From: Oikopleura dioica
Taxonomy: Eukaryota > Animalia > Chordata
NCBI GenBank assembly: GCA_907165135.1
Contig: OU015566.1
Span: forward strand, 6,262,001-6,326,000
Direction: 5' to 3'
DNA length: 64,000 nt
Below the pieces are notes generated by a model. That model made no database searches. It worked only from the letters and a program-made list of their open reading frames with translations, and was not told where the DNA came from. Both the position numbers and the translations under genes were made by a program. Below, piece after piece: positions 22,956 through 33,278 of this stretch (within the stretch, counting starts at the first letter, position 1; the number at the start of each line of letters is the position of its first letter).

Positions 22956-25850
22956 TTACATGAAGAAAGCGAGGGCGAGAAAAAGGGTGAAAGAGAAAAG
23001 GATGGAAGAGGCGGAGGACTCGGGCTCGTCGATTTGGGGGAGAAAGAGCTGCTCGATTTTCGATGGTTTGTAGTAGTTCTCCGCTTCGTGGAAGTTGCAG
23101 CCGTCTGAAAAAGGAGTTAATGAGGGCTGATCTTGAAATGAGGGGGTAGAAATGATGCCAAAGGGAACAATGTTCCCGGAACATCTGAGCGGTCTTTAGT
23201 CTAATTAAAAATCCAGGCCTAAATTTAAAGGAATCGAACAAAGAAGAAAAAAAGCGCCGCAATTAATTAAGGTCATGGCCGAAAAATAGGATGAATCGAG
23301 GAGCCAGGAATGCCACTGGGGAGCGATCTTTTTTATTGCTGTTTTATCATTATTCCCCAATTTGTCTCCTCGATCGATTTCTTTTCATGTAACGCGTCCT
23401 AAAGCCCAAATGATCAAACGAAGAGTCTTCCGACGATCGAATAAAAATCGAACTACGCGCACTTCAAAAAAAAAAAGTTTGAGACGCGTGAAAATTCTCC
23501 AAAATTCGCAATCTCGATTTTTCAAACCAAAATTTTACATTTTCAAAAATTTTTAAAAAATTTCGAAAAATTAAAAATCTCAAAAATTTTAAAATTTTTG
23601 GAAATGAAAAATTTTGGCACGCTCGCTCAAAATAATAATTTTTCAAATTTGAGCACTTGAAATGAAAATTGAGCGTTTGTGTAATTATTTGCGTTTAGGT
23701 CAATTTTCATTTTTGTCAATTTATTTACGCTTCACCACCAAATATTTAGGCCACACTTGACAATCGCCTCTGTGTGTAAATTAAGGGGGTACCACGGGAA
23801 AACAAAGGAAACAGTTGGATATTTCAAATTTGACCGTTGCTGTTTTTTCTTCTTATCGCAATCATGTGTTAGCTCTTATCCCCCGTATCATCCCTTTTTT
23901 AAAAACTTTGGCACTGACTTTCACACTTTCACACCTCTCTGTACTTGGCTGGAGACCTGTCACGTGATGATCCCTTTTTTAAAATTTTGGGTTGACGAAA
24001 GCGTGTGAAAAATTTTTTATCTGGTTGGAAAAAAATTGTCCGATAACCGCCAACTTTGTCAAAGTGTCGATAACATCGCCCCTGACATTTTCGCTTCGAA
24101 GAAATTTCGCGGAATGTTGTTTTTCCAGCGCTAGAATACCGGATTCCAGGGTGGGAGGTCACATTTTACACGCTTGTACCCACGTGACCGGAAAAGATCG
24201 ATTGAATATTCCTTTTTGGCTCCGAAATTACTGTAATCCCTGGTTTTTAGGGACCCAGGCTGCGAGCAGGCAAGGATTTGGGGATTGGAGTTTCCGACGC
24301 CTGGGTGGGGCTGGATGAGATCTCCGATTGTATTGATTTCGAAGAAGAGCTCCAGATGGCGAGCCTGGATATCTTTCATTAGAAATTCAAAGTTTACCGG
24401 ATAACGGGGAGCATATGCTTCTTCGCAAAATATTTGACGCCGCGTTTATTCGACTTTACAAATCGACGGAAAAAGAATTGGCGAGTTTCATTATCCGTTG
24501 ATTACTTGAAAAATAAGGGGGTTGACCCCGCTAAAATGATTTTTTCTATATTTGAGGATATAAATAAGGATCTAAGCGTCATTTTGGTGAGAAAAAATAA
24601 GGGGATCAGTATGATAAATTTTTCTTTAAAGCCCATTTTTCAATAAGGGTTTACACCTTAAATAACCCATATTTCGGACAATTTTTTAGCAAAAATTAAC
24701 GAAATGATCCCCTTATTTAATTCACCCAAAATCAAGCTAAAATCCTAATTCATACGCTAAAATGAAGAAAAAATAAGTTAACGACGTCTACCCCCTTATT
24801 TCAGCTTAGTTTTAGCGGCGAGAAAAGTAAGCTTGGCCCCCTCTTTAGCGAAGTTTAGTCAACCTTACTTTTTTGTGAAACAATAATACTTGTTCTCCCA
24901 TAAAAAAGAGAGCATTGACAAAAAATGTCTCTTCAATCCGTACTCCTCCCTTCGCAACAAGTGTCCCCTTGTTCCGCCTCATTAATTTTAGACAAGTACC
25001 CGCTGCTATTGTCAGCGGGGATGGCGACGCGCGCAAAAAAAAATGAAATGAGTAAATTTTCATGTTGATTCTCCTTTTCAACCCTCGTTACATACGGGCA
25101 GTGATGATCCCGCTGGGCGGGAAATTTGATTTCGTCGACAATTGCCCTAACTACCAGCGGGGCAGATTTCGATTACAGGCTCATCTGTCAGAGCAGAATA
25201 TTATTATTGTTATTGTATCAGTTGACGAAGTTGATCAAGAGTCTTTTAATTATTCAATTTTCATTTTAAGCCCTTGGCAACATTTTAGCAAATCAAATCA
25301 TCGCTGGGAACAAACCTTTGGTGCAGAAAACTTCTTCGATTTCAGTTTGAATTCGAGGGTCTTCTTCGCTGGGGTAGTGCTCCAAATATCGCATTTCTTC
25401 TTTAAACTGCTCGGGGGTTTCTTCCTTTGCCGCGCAGCTTCGTTCGATCGCCACTAGAAATGATGAGAAGGGAAGAATAATTGATGGTCTTACCAATTGA
25501 AGTGTTGGAAACGACATCATCGACGGTGATTGTTCTGGTGATTCGAGTTTTGCAGACGTCGGTGGCTCGCGGGCACGGTTTCAGGTGCTTCTGGGTGATG
25601 GTTGTTTGGCATTGGAGGGAAGCGCTGTCGTCGAAGGAATCGTAGCTGTCGAATGAGAAGAAGTCGGTCTGACCGCAGGTGAAGCATTGGAGAGTTCCCT
25701 CTGAAAAAAATGGATGAGATAAAAGAAGGGTGGAAAGATTATGGGCTAATTTCTACAGAATGTTCACTTTATAAGACCACCCCCAAATTTACCAAGTTGG
25801 CCGATCATGGCTTGTGCAAGAGCTGGGAAGAAAATGCTGGCGAATTTCAT
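22956..25850 (-). CDS. GPI-anchored Ly6/uPAR (three-finger) protein, four exons
   Basis: Signal MKFASIFFPALAQAMIG; LQCFTCG...C...PC...DVC...IERSC...FCTK; a 2.2-kb intron (25315-23105) joins in phase to DGCN...SSASSILFSFTLFLALAFFM* (GPI-type tail). Confidence 0.8.
24511..24801. mobile_element. Foldback/MITE remnant in the long Ly6 intron (another at about 23955-24190)
   Basis: AAATAAGGGGGTTGAC / GTCTACCCCCTTATTT outer IR and TTTTGGTG...AATAAGGGGATCA / TGATCCCCTTATT...CACCCAAAA inner IR. Confidence 0.65.
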
Positions 25851-26435
25851 CCTTCTTTTTTTTCTGCTTGTTTGAAACTTGTTTGAAGATCGTCTTTTTC
25901 CCTATCAAATTTTTCTTCTTTTGACGAAAAAAATTTTCAGCTTTTTTGAAGTTTTGAAGTTTTGAAAAGAGTAAATCGAGGAAGCGGTACTTCTGGCGTT
26001 TTGGGTTTGGCTCTTTCTCTCTCTTTTGTATTTTTGGAGTGAAAAGGGTTCAACAAAAATTAGTGATCTGGACAGGCTCGCCGCGCCGCCCAGGACCGAA
26101 AAGCGGGACGATGGCGGCGCCGCGAGATGGCGCGCTGCAGGGTTTGACGAAAAATTTTGAAGGGAGGAATGAGGAGCATCATAAATCCAAACAAACAAGG
26201 CGATTGTGACCTGCTTCAAAGGAGACTTGCCGGCAGCGGGAAATTGGGTCTTCAGTCGTGCTCCTGAAGTCGGAAATGCGAATCAGAAAGAAAAGGGTTG
26301 AAAAATGGCACTCGACGGGGCGCAGCGGATTTTGGGGAAGTCAAGGTCAAGACTTGAAATTTGTCTTTTCTGAAGGACGAAAATATAAAAAAATAATCTT
26401 TCCAAGCAGATTTCAGAAATCATGGAAGAGAAAGA

Positions 26436-26567
26436 CTGGTCTAGGAAAACCTGTGTAGAAAACCTGAGTCAGGGCCTGAAAGATCTCTAATGAAAAGCCG
26501 CTACGTCTAACCCTGTTTTTTTTTTCAGACCCTGACTCAGGTTTTCTACACAGATTGCTGAGTCCAG
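26436..26567. mobile_element. CTG...CAG TIR family copy 1
   Basis: AACCTGTGTAGAAAACCTGAGTCAGGG and its reverse complement flank a short spacer. Confidence 0.85.
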
Positions 26568-27145
26568 AAGTTAGACTTTCAGTAACAACAGTAAGAATTT
26601 TCGATACAAAAAAAAAATCCGTTATTAGCGAAAAGATGCAGTGAAAATCGTTTACCAGCCAAAAAGCGCTTTACAAGGCGAAATAATGAGATTTGTTGTT
26701 TATTCTGATTATCCCTCATTCACAATGAAAATACCAGTGAGCCATAAATGAGTGCACGCTTCGCCACCTTCCAAAAGAAGGCCTTCTGATGCTCGACAAC
26801 TTTCTTGTTTCTCCTCTGGCACCTTTCCAAAATCCTCCAAAAGTCGAGATGCTTCCTAAACCCATCACTGGCAGTTCATAAAAGAAGAAAGATTCTTGGC
26901 TGTCGAAAATAACGGAGGTATAAAATTTTTGGACGAGGAGATGGATCAGCCAAAATTTCACTCAAACCATCCTTCCTCAAAATCCCCTGGCTTTGAGGGG
27001 AAGTGGAAATTGACCGTGATTAGACCAAATTAGATGAGCTAAAGGGCGGAGGCAGGAGGAAGTCCCAAAGGCACAATTTGTCAAAAGCAGTAAAATGAGA
27101 CAAGGTTAAATTTAGCTGAGAAGGATGAATTTTCAAACTTGACTC

Positions 27146-27235
27146 GATGCTCGGCGGCCTGTGTAGAAAAACTGAGTCAGGATTTGAGATACTAAAGTCC
27201 TGACTCAGGTTCTCTACACAGGTTGCCGAGCAAAT
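27146..27235. mobile_element. CTG...CAG TIR family copy 2
   Basis: CTCGGCGGCCTGTGTAGAAAAACTGAGTCAGGA ... TCCTGACTCAGGTTCTCTACACAGGTTGCCGAG. Confidence 0.85.
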
Positions 27236-28196
27236 TCTTTGAATGTCATTTCGAGAATCTGGCTGTTAAGAGTCATCTGCTATCAATTTTTCCTACTCAT
27301 CAGATTCTGTTTCTTATCAGTCAGAATAAGACGCAATGGAATTTGTTCTGAGCTTTTTCTGATGCAGTTCAACTTCGATAAATTCGCGGCAACTTGACTA
27401 AAGATAAGAATTCCTTCCGCGACTTTTGTACATTCCCCATGTTCACTGCTGATTCATCCTCCCGAAGAAAAGCCAGTTCTGGGTACATTTTTGGAATTCG
27501 CCATTTCCGGAATTCGGCAAACCGGGAAACGAGGCAGAGTCTTGGATCAAAGTGTCTGTTCAATTTGTGAGATTTTCCACGTGACCGAGCTCCAGGTGCC
27601 GCGCGGGACAAATGATGAGACAAGGTTCTTTCTGCTTCGCAGCGTTTTTTGCCCTATCGCTGGGGTAATTGTAATGAGACTGATAAGGTGCGAAAAATTC
27701 CAAAAAAAATTGGCAAATTTGAAATTTGAAAAATTTTTTTAAAAGCAAAAATTTTCTAAAAAAAAAAGGTGATTTCAACCGTGCCACTGGTTTCTTTACC
27801 TGCTCGTTTTGAAGCAGTTGGAGATCAATATTCAGAAAACGGGATGAATTGGGGGATTAGTGGTGGTCCTCCCCGCTGGGCTTACTGAATTTGAATTCGA
27901 AATAAAGACTGATCCGAGGAGGAATTATCGAGCACCCGCCACAGCCGTCAAAACACGTCCACTCCGAGCTTTCTTTCCTCGACACTCGATTGTGAACAAC
28001 AAACTCGCAATTATCAGTTTCGTATCACTTTTTCAATAATTAAACCGACTTTCATCGGACAACCGACTCTTCGATGCCTCATTTCGTGTCAAAAAATATA
28101 CATTTTCTTCAACCTTATTTTCCAAAATTCCTTTCATTGAAACTCTCAATAAGCAGTCGCTAGGTTAGCCTTAAGTAAGCGTTTGAAATATTTTTC

Positions 28197-28585
28197 ATGA
28201 AAAGCCGCGCAGCGGCTCTTAAAAAACGAAGCCGCGGAGCGGCTTCGCAAAAAAAAACTTTATCAATGTATCATAAAATAACGGCGAAGGCGCTTTGCGG
28301 CTTCGTTTTATAAAAAAGCCGCTACGCGGCTTTTCATTTTACAGAAAATAATCCTGGTCTGGGACGGTCAAAAATACGCCTGGTTTGGGACGGTCGGGCC
28401 ATTTAAAGATCAAAGGCGCACGCCTGGGGGGTGCTTTTTAATATGAAAGTGGCGCCAGAGGCGAGAGCGAAAATAATCCTGGTTTGGGACGCTTTGGCTG
28501 ATTAAGACCGTCCCAGACCAGGCGTATTTTCTGTAACTCTTCAGAACCTGACTCAGATTTTCTACACAGGTTGCCGAGCCCATAT
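28197..28585. mobile_element. CTG...CAG TIR family copy 3 (left arm truncated, right arm interrupted by a pogo-like MITE)
   Basis: ATGAAAAGCCGC...GCGGCTTTTCAT palindromic interior, then TCAGAACCTGACTCAGATTTTCTACACAGGTTGCCGAGCCC. Confidence 0.7.
28342..28533. mobile_element. Tc1/mariner-pogo-like MITE
   Basis: TA|CAGAAAATAATCCTGGTCTGGGACGGTC ... GACCGTCCCAGACCAGGCGTATTTTCTG|TA. Confidence 0.8.
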
Positions 28586-29298
28586 CTAGATCTCCTAAGA
28601 TTTACTTATCTTCGCTTTCATATTGTCAACTAGATTAATATTTTGTCCTTTAGGGCAGCCATACTTCTAGCAAGAAATTAAAAATTCATGAGTTGTTGAA
28701 ATTTCTCGCACAAGGTGGCCCTAATTGCTCCCCATCGACGTTTTTTGGCCCTTGATCTAAGCGGCTCTGCTGATGAGCGTGAGCGGAAGGGTCTTGATCC
28801 CGATCCTTGTCGGAAATAAAGAGAAAAAAAATGCTCAAATAAGCGAGCTCCGACTTCACGCCAATTCCGGGCCTTCTTTCTCTCTTTGACAAATAGGTTT
28901 ATTGAGTACCATTCAAAATCTTAAACCTAGAAATAACTTTCATTGTTTGTTCAAAGTCCAGCGCGAAATTTTTATAAATTTGAGCAAAGCCACGGGAACT
29001 ATTCGCAAATTACACAAGCCCGAAAAGTTAAAAATCGAAATCAAAGAAATCGGTAATTCCAAAATAAACCTAGTAAAGAAATTTTCATAACATCGAAGAA
29101 CTACAGAGCCTGAGGCGTTAATAGTGCCCCGCTGGGAGTTTGAGCATTGATAAGCTTAGGCAAATTCAAATCCTCTAATCCTTATATTCAAATCTGGCCA
29201 AAGATTAGGGCAAATGGCACGTGAAATTGACGAGGGCATTCATTCCTCTATGTTCTTTTTATAAACAGCAATCAAGATGAAGACCTGGCTCAGGTCAC

Positions 29299-29427
29299 CT
29301 GAGTGCGGCAACCTGTGTAGAAAACCTGAGTCAGGGCGGCTTCCCCAGAAAAAGGGCTTCCCCAGAAAAAGGCATTCAAGATCTTGCAGACCCTGACTCA
29401 GGTCTTCACACAGGTTGACAAGCCCAG
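29299..29427. mobile_element. CTG...CAG TIR family copy 4
   Basis: Both arms are present; the spacer holds a tandem duplication of GGCTTCCCCAGAAAAAGG. Confidence 0.85.
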
Positions 29428-29695
29428 ATGGAGACTTTTATCAGAGGAGTCAAGTCTTGTAGAATTGAGCACTTGTCCTGATGTGAACTCAAACTCGAAG
29501 GAACCGAGAAAAGAGAGTAAAATCACCGATCTGTTAATGGAGCAGAAGCATTGTACTTTTCAACATGATTTGAATTAATATTCAGAATCAAGCCATCCAC
29601 CCGAGTAGGTCCTTCCTCATAAATAAAAAAGGAAAAGTATAAAAGGAATCATTTCCAACACGAGTTATCATTCAAAAATTCAGAAAAGAGAGAAA

Positions 29696-29884
29696 ATGCT
29701 TTTTTCCATTTTTATGCTTCTTGGACTCTGCGCCGGAGGATTAACGAAACGCTTTTCAACAAACTTTTTTGACACAGTGATGAGTGGAGATCCTTCTGCA
29801 CTGGATCAATACGATGCGAAGCAGCTAATGGAACATGCAAAGGAGATGCAGGAGTATGGAATTTTGCAAAAGGGGATAAATTAA
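29696..29884 (+). CDS. Possible small secreted peptide precursor
   Basis: MLFSIFMLLGLCAGG signal-like start and a KR site; exon structure beyond about 29855 is unresolved. Confidence 0.35.
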   Translation: MLFSIFMLLGLCAGGLTKRFSTNFFDTVMSGDPSALDQYDAKQLMEHAKEMQEYGILQKGIN

Positions 29885-30332
29885 GTAAAAGAATGAAATA
29901 ACCAAATTTACTTTTATTCAATTCTATCGTCGAAACAACACTATAAATTTGTAAATAAAAATATTTATCCTCTCAAAGACCGGTCAATTTAGATAAAATT
30001 ATAATTCAACATCCCTTTGATTAAAATGCTTCGACTCTGTACCTACGATTCTTCGAACTAAATAATCTATTTTATCCAATAAATAGTACCCATTCGCCAC
30101 CAGTTATGGTTTTTATGATTCAACATCGACTTCTTGGTTCAATTCAAAATTTTTTTCTGCTCTATTCTTTTTATCTTCTTGCCCATAAAAATTTGCCGGT
30201 CATTTCAGGCTTTCAGCATAAGCTTTTTACGTGAACTTTTGTCCATAGTCTATTTACATAAGCTTTGGTAAATATTTAAAAGATCGCCTATAATCTGGTC
30301 ACTGCCGAACATCTCCTTCAGTTCTGAGAAAA

Positions 30333-32423
30333 ATGAAGGAGTCTTCGTTATCTTCAAAATTTTTGATAATAGGAAATTGTCTTATCATCTTGATCTAATT
30401 CTTCGTTTTTTTCTTCTGATAAGACAGCTACAGGCATTGGTGCACCACTGACTCTTGCAGCAATCAAATATTTTTTGACAAAAAGAGAAAAGAAATTTCA
30501 TTTTGTGGATCCTATTCAAGGTTTGTCCAAAGATAAGTCTTTGTTATTGTGACTGAACATTCTGTAGGAATTGACGCTGATGGTCCTCTCTGGGCAATGA
30601 TAAGCTCTTTTCGCGAGAAGGAAAAAGGTCGAAAAATCTTTGAATACCCACTTCTTCGATCGCTTTTCTTCAACATAAATCAACTCGTCGTTGTTGATGC
30701 TCAATTGGCAAGAGAACTTTTTACGAAATCAAGCTTGAGGGTCTTGCATTTATCACGCACTTTTCTCAATAAAAATTATGAAAAAATAGACCCCTTATGC
30801 AGCAATTTTCAAGGACATGGAGAAATGAAAGGGTGGTTTCAACTTATAATCGACTACCGCGAACGTCTCGGATTGAAGCATGAGGCCGACGCTGCTACCT
30901 CCGTCGGGATCATGCGCGACTTCGACAACAACAACGAGCATGGAACGAAGATCGCCAAACATTACAGAAAGAGAGTGACTGAAAGAATGAACAAAAAGTC
31001 CCTGGAGAGTGAATGGGTGGAAGCGATCAACGGACAAGAAGATTTCATCCTCGACGAATTTCGACGAAGAGGAAAAGAGGGAAAACTTGCGATTGACCCG
31101 GCGCCGGTGTTTTGGGAAACGGCTTTAGGAGAGAGCTCAAAAAGTCAGATTCAGATCCGGGCAGACTGATGCAAGTATTTTTTAAAAAGCTCGGATAGTG
31201 GTTATGTTCAAATTCGCGATTGGAATCGATCTTAGGGAAAAGCCGAAACGCTTAGAAAAACTTATTCGTTGCGGAAAAGCGGGGATAGAAGCGTAAGGAC
31301 GGAAATTACCTTGATTAAAAAGGGTTCTTAAAAATCAACTGAGTTTAATCTTTTATTTCCAGATTTGATGGAATCGATCAGCATAGCCTCATCTTCGAAT
31401 GGATGCCAAAATTCATCCGAAAATTCATCCCCATCAGTCTCTGGCCTGATTACATAAAGGAGCAGAGCGAGCTTCTCGACGAGATCATCGAAATTGTGGC
31501 TGAAGTGAAAGCCGAAAATGAGCAAAATGAAAATGAGTCCTCTTTAATCTCAGTGTTCGGTAGAGATTGGCAAAAAATATATTCCGTTTTGATCTTTTTC
31601 AAAAGAAAATGACGTAAAACTCGGGAAGATGAATCACTGGGATGCGATTTGGACGATTCATCAATTGATAATCGCTGGAAATGATACTGTCGCCATCTCG
31701 CTGAGGACTTTTCTCATTAACATGGCAAAACATCAAGAAGAACAAGAAAGAATTCGGAATGCGCTAAAAGGTATTCAAGCTAGGGAAACTGACTGAAAAC
31801 TCAATTTAACTTTCAAATTTAGAAAGAAATTATGGTCAAAAAGAACTCAAAGACTGTCCGCGCTTATTTGCAGCAATTTACGAGTCGTTTCGATACTCCC
31901 CGACGGTGTCCGAATCGACTCCTTTTCACACGATTACAGAAGATACGACGATCAGGGACATGAAGTTCAAGAAGGGAGACCTCATTCGATCAGCCATCGG
32001 TAGGGCAGTTTCAAAAAGCAAGGAAATGATTTCGAAGGCGCGATGAGTTTTCATGTCGGCAAGGAGGACCCCTTTAAATTTGCATCGGACAGATTTCTGG
32101 ACGAAAATGGCGACTTTCGAAAATACGACGCTTCAGTTCCGTATCACGTTGGCCGTCGAGACTGTCCCGGCCAAATTCTTGCGAATATTCAGCTTTTTCA
32201 CATCTCGAAGATTATTCTCAAGTTTGACTTTGAGCAATGCTCAAAAAATAACTTTTAAATAATTTTTAGGCATTTTCGATTGACAACGAGTGAAATGAGC
32301 GTGTTCCAAAATCTTCAAGAATTTGAGAATATTTACAGCGGCGGAAAGTTTACCGATGCTGATCATTACTTGCCAAATTTGAAAGAAAATCGAGTTGTTT
32401 TCGTTCCGATTTCTGATGAATAA
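30333..32423 (+). CDS. Cytochrome P450 (clan-2-like), copy 1
   Basis: N-terminal anchor; I-helix AGNDT; ExxR (YESFR); PERF-like SDRF; heme motif PYHVGRRDCPG; about ten exons; TAA at 32421-32423. Confidence 0.92.
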
Positions 32424-32523
32424 ACATATGAATTAGAAGGATTACTTAATTCAGAATAAATTATTCTCCTTATTTTACGAATGAACAACTCATTTTTTGA
32501 ATTTCTTTTTATGCAGAGTTTTT

Positions 32524-33086
32524 TTACAAAATACAAATATTATATCTTACGAAGGTACCATAAGGTCCTTCTTTAAATTTCACATAATGGTTGCCATCTT
32601 CGTCTTTTTCGCTCGTGAGTTCGTGTTGGTGCCTCACTTTTCCGTTGTAGCAATGAATTTGTTCTGCGATTGCTTGAAATGGAACGCCTCCATCTAATTG
32701 ATAAAAAGTAAAATGATAACTGTTGGTATTGCCTACCACTGTTTGTAAGCGACAAGTAATAATAACTTCCATTTCCTCCATTTCTTTCCCAAGCCAATTT
32801 GAATCCGAGTTGCCATCCAGCTTCTTCGACTTCCCAGTTATTCTGCCACCAAAACTTATCGCCAAGTTTTTCGATCAAAAAATAAAGATCGTGTTAAAAA
32901 AAAGCACAAACTTTCCTTGAGATTAATTCTTTTTCCTCCAAGTGACAAAAGCTTCAGCACATTTCGGATATCCTCTTCTCTCATTGCATCTCTTTTTCCG
33001 AATTTCTTAATTCCTCGGTCGTTTTCGAAGAAATGCCCAGCTCCTCGAATTGCTCCCAGTTCTCTTTCCATCTTCAAAAGATCCAT
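32524..33086 (-). CDS. Uncharacterised two-exon protein between the P450 paralogs
   Basis: ORFs 32856-33086 and 32524-32865 can be joined across a short AT-rich intron; no recognisable domain. Confidence 0.4.
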
Positions 33087-33278
33087 TTTTCTAACAGTGA
33101 ATGGAATACTGTTTCAGGAAAGCAAAGATGATATTTGAAGAGGAACTGATAATTCCTATAAAATTGATGCTAGCAATCTTTTTACCAAGTCAAAGTCACC
33201 AAAACCATAATTTTGAGATAAGGCTGTTACAAGTTATTCAAATTTTAAGAAAAAAGTTATCTGTCAAATGAATTTTAT

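Noticed and set aside
23460-23660. AT-rich AAAAATTTT stretch as a satellite or coding ORF
   Set aside because: Low-complexity intronic sequence without a stable period; the ORFs there are compositional artefacts.
25151-25180. Nearby ACNRNLPRW* segment as the last exon of the Ly6 gene
   Set aside because: It needs a weak GAG acceptor and lacks a GPI tail; the exon at 23104 has TTTCAG, gives DGCN and a hydrophobic tail.
26000-29600. A multi-exon gene threaded between the MITEs
   Set aside because: Several open segments exist (26716-26961, 27369-27623, 28686-28892), but I could not join them in frame or recognise a domain.
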